A DNA stretch of 63,512 nt, counting the filler, from Chrysochromulina tobinii (taxonomy: Eukaryota), in NCBI GenBank assembly GCA_001275005.1. It is 8 parts of 8 records of this genome, joined end to end, with 100 filler letters (N's around TTAATTAATTAA, not from the genome) between each part and the next. Parts side by side here need not be neighbours in the genome. Positions count along the whole stretch, not along the records: positions 38,233 to 45,990 come from JWZX01000638.1; positions 46,091 to 52,375 come from JWZX01000639.1; positions 52,476 to 57,492 come from JWZX01000642.1; 5 more parts are not named here. One strand, written 5' to 3'. The notes beneath the pieces are model-generated. The model saw only the letters and a list, made by a program, of their open reading frames with translations. It ran no database searches and was not told the DNA's origin. Below are positions 44,278 through 55,343 of this stretch, one piece after another; position 1 is the stretch's first letter; each line of letters opens with the position of its first letter. The translations under genes were made by a program, and so were the position numbers.

Positions 44278-45990
44278 ATGGTCACCACACTGGCTGCGCT
44301 CTTGCTGTGCGGCGCGAGTGCCTACACGCTTGGGATCCAGCATGCGCGTGCAGGGCGCATCAGCACGTCCGCTGCGGTCATGAGCAGCGTCGCTTCACCC
44401 GTAGCTGCGGACGCGCAGCTCAGCGCCTTCAATGCCTGGCTCGAGGCGAACAGTATCGCGTCGAGCAAGGTGCAGGCGGCCCGGCTGCCAGGCTGGGGCG
44501 TGTGCCTCATCGCGGGCGAGAATGGCGTGCAGCCGGGCGACACGCTCCTCTCCGTGCCGTCGAGCCTTCATCTCACGCCCTCCAAGGTTCAGGCGTCTCC
44601 TCTGGGGGAGGCGGCCGCGCCCGTGGTCGGTGGCGACGAGTCCGCGCTGCTCGCGCTCGGGCTGCTGGCCGAGCTGGGTAAGGGCGAGGCGGGATGCACG
44701 TGCTGGCCGTACCTCGACCTGCTCCCCTCTGCCGACGCCATGCACGGCATGCCGCTGCTTTGGTCTGACGACGAGCGCTCGCGCCTTCTCCGCGGCAGCC
44801 ACCTCGACGGCGCGGTCGCCGACTCGCGCGCGATGATCCTCGATCAATGGGCGGCGCTTGAGACGATGGTGCTGCCGGAGCACCCGGCCGAGCTCTTCCC
44901 GCGTGAAGTCTTCCACGCCGCGGGGTACCTATGGGCTCCTTGATTGCGCCTTGATGGCGCCTTGATGGCGTCTTGATGGCGTCTTGATTGCATCTGATGG
45001 GCCCAGTTGAGGACCTCTGATGGCGCCCCTCATCAGGTACCTATGGGCTCACGCCATCGTCCTCTCGCGCGCGTTGCCGTTTGGGGAGGAACTCCACTTG
45101 ATTCCTCTCCTCGACCTCGCCAACCACCAGGTCTGATTGCCATCCTGATTGCTAGGGCTCCACTTGATTCCTCTCCTCGATCTCGCCAACCACCAGGTCT
45201 GATTGCCATCCTGATTGCTAGGCAGATTGCCAATTGATGACTATCTGAGTGATCTCGCCAACCACCAGGTCTGATTGCCATCCTGATTGCTAGGCAGATT
45301 GCCAATTGATGACTATCTGAGTGGCCTCGCTCCTCGACCTCGCCAACCACCAGGCGGGCGTGAAGCACACGTGTTCCATCGGCGTCGCCGGAGGGCAGCA
45401 GGCGGGCATCAAGGAGTCCTGGCAGCTTGATGGGAAGGAGAGCGCTGCGGTCCTCACGGCGGGAAGCGCCCTCAAGCCGGGCGAGCAGGTGTGATTGCGT
45501 CTGATTGCGTCTGATTGCGGGCGAGCAGGTGTGATTGCGTCTGATTGCGTCTGATTGCGTCTGATTGCGGGCGAGCAGGTGTGATTGCGTCTGTGCCTCC
45601 GAGCACGTCTGATTGCGCCTGATTGCGTCTGATCGGCGTCTGAGTGGCTCCGAGCACGTCTGATTGCGCCTGATTGCCTCTGATTGCGCCTGATTGCGTC
45701 TGATTGGCGTCTGAGTGGCTCCGAGCACGTCTGATTGCGCCTGATTAGGTGTTCATCGATTACGGCGAGTCTGGCTGGCGTTCCTCGTGGGAGATGCTCT
45801 ACACGTATGGCTTCGTGCCGGGCCAGGATCACAAGCAGTGGCTCGCGAGCGGCGGCCGCCCGATCTTCTTCGCCGGAGTGGCGCCCGAGGACCCCTTGAG
45901 CGCTCAGAAGCGCGCGCTGCTCGTCGCGCTCGGCGCTCACGAAGGCGCTTCGGAGGGCACGTGGATCGATCTCAAGCCAGTCAAGGAGCA
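44278..45990 (+). CDS. SET-domain protein, Rubisco LSMT/SETD3 type, with signal peptide. Exons 44278-44924, 45037-45130, 45354-45488 and 45749->45990.
   Basis: FNAWL, GDTLLSVP, WPYLDLLP, PLLWS, then spliced YLWAHAIVLSRA...LIPLLDLANH...GEQ|VFIDYG...MLYTYGFV. Three GT-AG introns, all in frame. Confidence 0.88.
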
Positions 45991-46270
45991 NNNNNNNNNN
46001 NNNNNNNNNNNNNNNNNNNNNNNNNNNNNNNNNNTTAATTAATTAANNNNNNNNNNNNNNNNNNNNNNNNNNNNNNNNNNNNNNNNNNNNCCCCGCGCGT
46101 CCCTCCCATACGCCCCACACCGACGCGCCACGCAGCACACCTACGTCCTACGCAATACCGCACCGGCGAAGCAGCCGGCACGACGCAGCTCGCATTTGCT
46201 CGCGCATCCACAGACTCGCAGGTCGTGAGCGGCGAAGAAAAGTAGGGAATCTAGAGGTTCAACAGTTGTC

Positions 46271-49200
46271 TCAAAAGTTGGACATCGAGCGTGCAGCCTG
46301 CAGGTGCGACTTGACGGTCGCGTAGCTCGCGAGGACAGAAGATGAGCCGGTCCCCCCCAAGGATGCCTTCGAGCCGGGCTGCGGCACCCGCAGCATGCCG
46401 CCCGCGCGAGAGGAAGGGTGCAAGGCCGACATGGGACGGGGCTCCATGCTGCTGTCGCGGTGGAAGCCCGGTGAGCCGCTCGGCGAAGTATTGAGACGCT
46501 CAGAATAACGCTCAGGCTTGGGGTGCGGGTAAGGGACGGCATCACGGACAGACCACTCGGACGGCATCGTGCCGCTCACGAGCAAGTTCGCCGACTCGTT
46601 CACGACCCGCTGCAGGATTCCTCGTTGGAACTGCTCCATCATGGATGAGCCGTTTGTGGCTGTGCGCCGCACAGGGATCCCCGATGGCGAGCCCGGGGGC
46701 GGCAGCGCGGCCATGCCGCCGCCACCGACGCCACTGAGCATGCCTGAAGAATGCCCTGAATGGTTGCATGGATGGAGCTGGGGCTGTGAATTCTCCGGCG
46801 GGAGCGGGAGCACCTGCCGAACTTGCAGGGCCTCATCGAGCGACTTAGTGGCTTCGGGGCGTACCGCGTGGATCGCGCCGAGGTGGTGCCGCAACTGCTG
46901 CAGCGCATAGAGTGCCGAGGTGACAAGCGACTCGCGTTGTTCCGCGGCAGAGCCACGAGATTGCGCCAGCTCCATCTCGACCTCCTTGCACCTGTGGAAT
47001 GCGTGGTTGAGGGACGTCTGCTGCTTCTTGATCGTCTCCTTGAGCTTGCGCTCGCGCTCGAGCAGCTTGCGTGCCGCCACCATCACCGCCTGCATGCGCG
47101 TGTGCAAGTCGGCCCGCTCAGCGGTGGAGAGGCCCGCTCCCTTGACGGGGACCGCGACGTGCGTCTGGCTGTGAGCCTGGCTGGGGCGCTGCTCCAGCTC
47201 CGAGAGAGCCTCGTCGAGGGACAGGCGCAGTCGCGCGGCATCCAGACGGAGCGCGCGCAGCTCCGTCAGTAGCACTAGCAGCTTCTCGCTCGACGTCTGT
47301 TGTGAATCCGCGCCCCGGGAGAGCGCAAGCTCTGTCAGTGCGGAGTCGAGCATGTTGCGCGTGTTCGTGCAGTCGAGATAGAACGCAATCAACTGCTTGA
47401 GCGCCAGGGGCAGATGATGCGAGAAGAAGCCGGCGGCGGGGTCGACAGGCACACGCACATCGCCGAGGGCCTGCAGCACCAGCGCCGATGCGCGCCTCTG
47501 ATCGCGCTCCACTCGCTCGAGCGTCCCACGCAGCTGCTGCGCCTTGCGGTCGCTCTCCGCCATCCCGACCACTTTGGCTTCGAGTTGGTTCTCCTTGAGC
47601 CGGGTCTTCGAGAGCTCGCTCAGAAGCCGCGTGAGCTGCTCGCGCGCCTCCTCGAGTTCTTCCTCGCTCGCCACGTCCATCTGTGTGACGCGGGGGCATC
47701 TCGAGAGGGCGAGCGCACGCCATCGAATAGGGGGTGTAGGGGGTAGATGATAGGGGGCCACAACAAAGAGGCCATCACATGGGCTCTCAAGCACAGAAGC
47801 ATGAATTCACGATCAGAGACGAGACACCGTCCGAGCCCATTGCAGTGCACTTGCAGTGAGGGAGCCCATCAGTGTGGCGCATGCACTTGCAGTGAGGGAG
47901 CTCATCAGTGTGGCGCATGCACTTGCAGTGAGGGAGCCCATCAGTGTGGCGCATGCACTTGCAGTGAGGGAGCCCATCAGTGTGGCGCATGCACTTGCAG
48001 TGAGGGAGCTCATCAGTGTGGCGCAACCGTCAGTCCCGTCAGTAGCGCAGCCGCACACCTGCATCTCGAGCTCCACTGCGAGATGCTGCACACGGCGCTT
48101 GTACTCGGCATCGTCGTACTGCGCCGCGCCGCGTAATGAGGAGGCCGTTTTGGCGCGCGACTCGATCAGACGACGCGTGGAGCCGTCCACCTTCCTTAGC
48201 GCTCTCTCCAAGTTGGCCGACATGGCTGTCAGCTCCCTGCGCAGGGCGATTATTTCAACCTCGAGTTGCGACTTCTCGGCGGCAAACTTGCGTTGCGCCG
48301 TGAGCGTCGCATTCCGCACCGCCGCCTCGATCACGGCGTCCTCATCGCCGGCGACCGGCAGCGGCGACGCATGCGACAAGCTCAAGTTCGTCGCATGCTC
48401 GAGCTCGCTCGTCAGTTGGGCCTCTCGCTGTTTCGCCTCGGCGAGAAGAGTTTCGAATCGCAGCAGTGCCTCTGCCATCGCCCTCTCATGGCGCTCCGCG
48501 GCGGCGCCAATCTGAGCGGCCGCCTCGGCTTGCAAGCGCGGCTCCGCGGCCTTAGCTTCTGCGCGCAGGCGCACCTCAAGCTCTGCCAGGCGCTTGTCGA
48601 ACTCTAGCTGCCCGGAGGATGCCAAGGCAATTGGGCCTGTAACGGCTCCCTTGTCATGACCCTTCCTCTGCAGCTCGGCCAACTCCGCTTGGAGTCGCTC
48701 GACGAGGGCGGCCGCTTGGAGCGCCTTCGTATGCGCGTCTGCCTCCTGCGTCTCATGAACTGCGAGTATGCCGCGCAGCGACGAGTTCACGCCGGACTGC
48801 TTCTTGACGTCCTTCTCAAGCTCTACGATGCGCTCGGTCGCCGCCTCGAGCTGACGGTGCACGTCTGCGAGTGCCGACGAGCCTCCGCTCTTGAGCGATT
48901 TCTCGCGATCCTCGAGCTCGCGATGGTACTGCGCCTGCATCTCCGCCTGTGCATTCTGCAGGTTCACGGCGCTCGCGGTCCTCGATGACTCAAGCTTGAC
49001 ACGGAAGAGAGTCTCCTGCGCCTTGACGGCCTTACGATGTGCCTCTCGGTCCGCCTCCGAGAGCGTCTCGGCGAGGGCGGTAGCTTTGCGCAGCAGATTC
49101 TCGAAGACATCGAGCGTCTCTACGCGCGCCTGCGCCGCCTTGCGTGCTGCAGGGTCAGCGCCTTTGATGCGCATGGCCAGTGCTCCGCGGTCCTGCGCCA

Positions 49201-49366
49201 CACCAGCTTCATCTTCTGGAAGGTGGCGCACCACCTGCTCCTGCGCGCTCTTCACGAGCTCACTGAGCCCCTGCGTGCATGCCTCGTAGGCTGCCTTGAA
49301 AGAGCCGTCGCTCATCCCGGGCATTCGTGCAGCGAAACGTGTACCGTAACGGGTCACCATGTGCAT
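46271..49366 (-). CDS. Long coiled-coil protein. Exons 49366-48059 and 47680-46271.
   Basis: Two coiled-coil ORFs joined in frame (ELEMQ|MDVASEEE) by GT-AG intron 48058-47681. Confidence 0.7.
47847..48025 (-). repeat. Intronic 36-bp tandem repeat x5
   Basis: Plus strand gcacttgcagtgagggagc(c/t)catcagtgtggcgcat. Confidence 0.9.
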
Positions 49367-49863
49367 GCAATCGCGCCACGGTCACGGATTTCACACAAAC
49401 ATGGCTGGGAGGCGCCACGGCCCTCGCGCCACCGAGACGCTCGCAGAGCAACGCCGGACTACTCTGACAACCTAATTTGACGACACTCTCAAACTCTCGT
49501 TAAAACTCTCGTCTTGCGCCGCGCGGCGCCCCGACGCAGCATAACATAAGCGGTTCATGCACAGCACAGGCGGCTCAACACTCCACGTTAGCGTGTGGTC
49601 CGTGACCAACGGTGTCCGCCTGCCATATGGCCGCCCTACATGCAACTCCGCCTGCTATTCCCCATTAGCGTTCTTCAATGTAAGCAATCTTGACCTTAGA
49701 AGAGTAAATGTCGAAACTCGAACACATCTGCAGGCAAGAGGCCGCGCGGGCGATTGGAGTCGAGGGCGCATACGAAGCCGTTCAAAGCCGTTCACAGCTG
49801 GCTCCCCACGCCGGTCGCCGGTACGGAGGAGACGCGATTCGAATCAAGAGTAGGAAAAATTCC

Positions 49864-50131
49864 ACAACTTACAACTAATAAACTATGTAGTAGTAAAAGT
49901 CGAGAATTGCAAGTGTCGTCCAGTCACGCCAGACCGCGCAATTGCCACACACGACTCACCGAACACAGAGGCCCATGCGCCTCGACTCATCTGCTACAAC
50001 TTACTAACTAATCAACTATGTAGTAGTAAAAGTCGAGTGAATTGCAAGTGTCGTCCAGTCACGCCAGACCGCGCAATTGCCACACACGACTCACCGAACA
50101 CAGAGGCCCATGCGCCTCGACTCATCTGCTA
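49864..50131. repeat. ~133-bp tandem duplication downstream of the FkbM gene
   Basis: caacttac...gtagtagtaaaagtcgag...cctcgactcatctgcta present twice. Confidence 0.85.
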
Positions 50132-50143
50132 AACCTTCTCAAG

Positions 50144-51019
50144 TCACGGGGACAGAGCTTCGCGCGTTCTTCCCCAGCGCTTGGGCGGCGGCACACCCGT
50201 CGCTGCATGCGACCAGAGGGGCGACCCGCGGCGCACAAATACGACATCCATGTAGCCCACACCCCTGGATTTCCCCATTCCTGCATGGTAGGATATCTGC
50301 ACGATGTTGTACATCTGGAAGCCGAGTGACCCGAGTTCTGCAAACACCTCATGGGCACTCGGCGCGCCCTCGTTGACGTTGAGCACCGCAACCTCCATGA
50401 GGATGACGTCGACGTGTGCGAGCGTCTGCCGCGCGCCCTGAAGCACCAACAGCTCCGCTCCTTGCACGTCAAATTTGGCCATTGTGAAGCGCACACCCGG
50501 CGCATGCTCTGCGAGGACGTCATCAAGCCGTTGCATCACACGATCCTGGCGTTCGAAGAAGCCTTTCTTCCGGTAGTAAACGGAATGCTCCTGGAAGAGG
50601 CTGTTCCCAGTCGTCCGAAGCACCTTGGAGCCTGTCGACATGAACATTGACACGTTGCCCGTGACATTGCCGAGCAGAGCGATGGCAAAGGGTTCGCCCA
50701 CCGCAGCGAGCGGCGTTCGAAGTTTAGGATCGGCCTCGAGCATGAAGGTGTGCGCCTCGGGCCAAATCTGCTTCGCGCCACGCGTCCACAATCCCATATT
50801 CGCACCGATATCAAGTATATGTGTCGGATTGAAGCCGCGCTTTTTCAGCATGTGCAGTCCCTCTTCATAATTGAGCGAGCCTCCAAATTGAAGGTAAGGA
50901 AATGGCTCGTGCTTCGGAATATCGCATTGCGTAGCGCAGCAGTGTGTATTGTAGTTCAGGCATGCCATCCCGGCCACAGCGATCGGACCTAGGCAGGCGA
51001 ACGAGATCAGGCTAGCCAT
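50144..51019 (-). CDS. FkbM-family SAM methyltransferase with N-terminal signal/anchor
   Basis: ILDIGANMG, FMLEAD, RLDD and KFDVQGAELLVLQGA. Confidence 0.88.
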   Translation of the reverse strand: MASLISFACLGPIAVAGMACLNYNTHCCATQCDIPKHEPFPYLQFGGSLNYEEGLHMLKKRGFNPTHILDIGANMGLWTRGAKQIWPEAHTFMLEADPKLRTPLAAVGEPFAIALLGNVTGNVSMFMSTGSKVLRTTGNSLFQEHSVYYRKKGFFERQDRVMQRLDDVLAEHAPGVRFTMAKFDVQGAELLVLQGARQTLAHVDVILMEVAVLNVNEGAPSAHEVFAELGSLGFQMYNIVQISYHAGMGKSRGVGYMDVVFVRRGSPLWSHAATGVPPPKRWGRTREALSP

Positions 51020-51269
51020 CGTTGCTCGGAGTCGGCTCAATTGTGGTTGCGCGCTTGTCGCGCGTTGCGCGCGCGCGCGCGCGCACCATTTTACAGCAAA
51101 AAGGTTGCCGAAAACCAAATTAGCCCTTCATACGTGTCTCCTTTCACGTTCACAAGAAAGCCCAAAGTTAGATTCGGTTGCTGGTCTTCACTGTGTCCTG
51201 TTTCACGGTTAACAAGTAAGCCCAAAGTTAGACAAAGAAAGCCCAAAGTTGGACATCGTTTGCGAATCC

Positions 51270-52375
51270 ATGGTGAAGAAGACGGACAAGGAGATGACGG
51301 ACCAAGAATTGGGCATGATGTACCTGAAGGCGGCGCACTCTGTTCGAATCTACATCTACAAGTGGGTTCTCACGGACCCGTCGCCCAACAACTTCCATCT
51401 AAAGAACTTGTGGCGGGTCGGCCAGGTGGCTGTGCACCGGGGCCAAACGCGAGCAAGCGTGCTGAGCACTCGCCTTCGCAATTACAAGTACCCGCGCAAC
51501 ACAGACCTGCCCTCCCAGGTCGCGAAAACGGACGCCAAGGGCTTCGGAATCTTCAACGACACCCTTGAGGTCATCGAGGTCATCGAGGAGCCCAGCCTGC
51601 CCGTGGTGACGGCGCGGATGACGCCCATCAAGAAGCTACCACGTGTCCTAGCCCACGCGCGCTCCGATGAGGCTGAGAGACGCCACATCGCTGAGCTAGG
51701 GGTCTGGCGAGGCTTTGATGCGCCAGAGCCGTGGCGCCAGCGGCTCAATGTTTCCGCGGGGGGGCAGGGCGACGAGTGGGAGCGCATACGGTCCGAGGTG
51801 CTGAGAGAGATGCGGCGGAAAACCAAGGGCAAGGGGAGGTGCGCATGTGGGGGGTACTCGAAGCGGCAGTTCTGCCCTATATGCTGCCACAAGCAGCCGT
51901 ACGCCTGCGACCACGACGGCTGCGGCGGCTGCGACTGCTGTGCCTGCTGTGACTGCGGGACGGGCAACAACATGTTGCCGACACCGGCCCGGCTGCCCAT
52001 GCTGCCCCCCATGCCGCCCCCCGTGCCACCCCCCCTGGCAGCGCCGCCGATACCGCCGCCCTTGCTCATGCCACCGGGCATAACGCCCATACCGCTGTGC
52101 ATCCCGATACCCATCACTCTGGGCATGCCGCCCATGCCGCCACCGATGACGCTGTACATGCCGCCCCGAAGCTGCGGCGCCCACTGCGACACCTGCGGTT
52201 GTGCAACATGCGCCTCTGCAAGCATGCCACCGACGCCTGCAGTGCAAATCGAAGCAGACAGCTCTGCCGTTCAGGCTGGCGGCAGCTCACAGGGCCAGGG
52301 CTACAGCGAGCAGCGCCTCGACGAGCAGATGCGGGAGGAGATTGAACAGGCGGAGGACAATAGTGGCGGCGGTGC
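51270..52375 (+). CDS. Putative divergent GIY-YIG-like endonuclease followed by Cys-rich and Pro-rich regions, 3' end in gap
   Basis: IYIYKW..., RVGQ..., TRLRNY, AERRHIAEL and RLNVSAGG follow the GIY-YIG motif order by eye. Cys clusters follow. Confidence 0.4.
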
Positions 52376-54674
52376 NNNNNNNNNNNNNNNNNNNNNNNNN
52401 NNNNNNNNNNNNNNNNNNNTTAATTAATTAANNNNNNNNNNNNNNNNNNNNNNNNNNNNNNNNNNNNNNNNNNNNGGGTCCAGAGGAGGGTCCAGAGGGT
52501 CCAGGGGTCCAGCCGGACCCCCAGAGGGTCCAGGGCGGGACCCTCTCACTCGGGATCTATGAGCATGCTGCATGGACGTGTAATCCATGCATCGAACATG
52601 CATGAAGGTAGGTATGAGCTCGTTGAACCAGATCGCGAGTGTCCCAAAAAATGGGACACTCAACTGGGACACTCCGTTCTATCTAGAGTAGTCGTTCACT
52701 CGCTCTGAAAGGGGGTCGCCCTGTGTCATATACTTCAAAGCAACGGGGTTGTGAAAATCAACGATTGCTGTGAATTCACACTTGTCTTAGTTTGGGATCT
52801 TCCGGAGCCATGCGACAGTCCGACGCCGAGAGCACGCAGCTTTGGCATGCCCAAGCGCTCACTGGCGGCATCAAAAGCTGGCTAGGCTCTCGGTATGGCT
52901 CAGCATAGCAGCTGGCTCGGCTGTCAGCGCGGCTCAGCATCGTAGCTGCCTCTGCTGTCAACACGGCTCAGCATCGTTGCTGGCTCGGCTTATAGCAGCT
53001 GGCATGCGCTATGGCAGTGCCCTCGACGGCGGTACGCTTTTCGGTGGCACGCTCTACTGCGTCACTACTGCGCTGTGGTGGCACGCGCAACGAGCGCGCC
53101 AGGTGTGCAGCGAAGGTCAAGGAGCGCAGTGCACAAGGCGGCATCAAGTGCGCACAACCGCTGCTGATGGCGGCAGGCAGCAATAAGGCGGCGGGTAAGC
53201 TGCCGGTCGTGACGATACCGTCGTTACTCGACACCGTCGTCGTCACGCGATGGCGGCGTCGAGCGACCTCTTTTGCGTTCCCTTCGGGGGCGCGCCAGCG
53301 GGCGCGTCTGCCGACAGTACAGACGCGATTAAGACAATGCTCGCCGGGACGGCGCGTGCGCGGGCGGCCAAGGGGACGGCGCGTGCGCGGGCGGCCAAGG
53401 CGGCGTGTGATGCGGCCATGTCGCTCCGGGTCCTCCAGAACCTCCAGGGCCAGATGGATGTTGGGATCCGCAGGAGTCTCAAGACCCCCTTGGGCGACGG
53501 AGTTGGTCAGGTTGGTGTGTGTATTCGTGATCGTGCGTGAGGTGGGGGGCGCGCGCGGAAATTCAAACCACCAGCGGCGCAAAATGTAGTACTGCGCGTC
53601 CAGAGTTCAGTAGTACGATAGTACTTCGCAGTTCGACGGGCACGCAAGACACGTACGACGTACGCTACCGGCCGGCAACGGGCGGTCGAACGCTCGCAGT
53701 TCGACGGGCACGCAAGACCATGCGCAAGACACGTACACCGTACGCTACCGGCCGATGGTCGAACGCTACCACGGTCCGCTGCGGCTGCGGCTGCGATGCT
53801 GATGATGCAGCAGCACCAGGTCGCACCCAACGCGCCTCTCGCTGTGCCCCTCAGCTGCGCCCGGCCGCCGGTCGCACGACGACGCCGTGCCGTGCACTTA
53901 GGCGAGGGCACCAAATGGTGATAAGCCCAGGCGGTGACAGCGGCGGCAGAGGTGGAGGCGGCGGCGGCGAGTGCTAGGCGAGTGCGGCGAGGCGGAAGCC
54001 TGCGGCGCACGCACAGCCGCCCGGAATCGGTACGAGGAAGCCCACTTCAATTGGCGCACTTGCTCGCATAGCATGCGCGCGCAGCGCACCGTGTCGAGCA
54101 GCTCTCTCTCAGACCGCTGCCACCTGCTCGTGGGAGAGGAGCACTTGCTCGCATAGCATGCGCACCGTGTCGAGAAGCTCGCTCGGTCCGCTGCCGCCTA
54201 GCTGCCGCCGCTGCCCTCGGCCGTGGCCTCGTCACCGCTGCCATTCTTCATCAAATTCTGCAGATCTGCACACTGAGCAGGCCATCTTTGGATGCCACAC
54301 CTGAATTTGATGGTGAAGCGTTGCGAGCCTATCAGAGTCGGCTTGGTCGTCGTCGCAAGCCGGCCTGACGCGGGGTTCGCGCCCCCATGAGCTAAGTTCG
54401 CCACGTGCCGTGGGGCCCCCGCGGCTTGTCGCGGTCTTGAGCGGTCTTGACCCTTGGCCGCCAAGGGTCAAGACCGCTCAACAAGGCGCCTCGCGTCACG
54501 CGCATACAAGTCACGAGGCCACGTACAAGGCTCGCATAGTTAAGTTTTTCCTGGCAGTGATTAAGTTTTTCCTGGCTGTGTTCACGGCAAATGCTCACAC
54601 CGCGACCTAAAAATTGGGAATGCTCCCCGGCCTTTTTGAAGGTCACGAGTTAAAATATGAGCTCTACACACGCA

Positions 54675-55303
54675 CTACAGCACACTTCCACTATGCTGTT
54701 GACGTAACTGAAAAATCTCGAAGCGAATGCGCACCATTTGTTGTACGCGCACTAGGCGCGTTTCGTTACACGTGTCGATTGCTTGCATCTGTTCCAGCGT
54801 GGCGAGAGTAGTCTCTCGTTCGTTGATCTGAAATACTGCATTTCTGCGCAGCTCATCGCTACCGTCCGATCTGGGGCGCTTCTTACTGCGGCGCTTCTTG
54901 CTGCGTTGGCTGCTGCGGTGGCTGCTACGTCGGCTGCTGCGGCGGCCGCGGCTACTGCTGCTGCGGCTGCGGCTGCGGCTGCGGCTGCTGCTGCGGCTGC
55001 TGCTGCGGCTGCTGCTGCGGCTGCTGCTCCTCCTCCTCTCTTCCTCCCTTGCTTTCCTATGTTTCGTCTTCTTCTCTTCCTTATGTTCCTTAGGTTCCTT
55101 ATATGTTCGTTGCTCGTGCTCCTTCGGCTGCTGCATCTGGAGCTGCTGCATCTGTTGCATCTGCTGCATCTGCTGCTGCATGTGCTCCCGCATCTGCTGC
55201 TGCTGCTGCGTCTGTTGCTGCTGCTGCTGCTGCATCTGCTGCTGCATCTGCTGCTGCTGCTTGAACATCTGCTGCTGCTGCTGCTGCTGCTGCTGCATGA
55301 ACA

Positions 55304-55343
<40 letters not shown>

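Noticed and set aside
47847..48025. 36-bp repeats of CRISPR-like length, and the CxxC/heme-like peptides (HQCGACTC, PHCKCMRH) in their ORFs
   Set aside because: Head-to-tail with no spacers, inside a spliceosomal intron, and no cas genes. The peptides are translation artefacts.
52476..54670. Several 150-200-aa ORFs and short repeats (GGGTCCAG; GCAGTTCGACGGGCACGCAAGAC)
   Set aside because: No recognisable motifs. ORFs of this size are expected by chance at this GC content, and the region is probably repeat debris.
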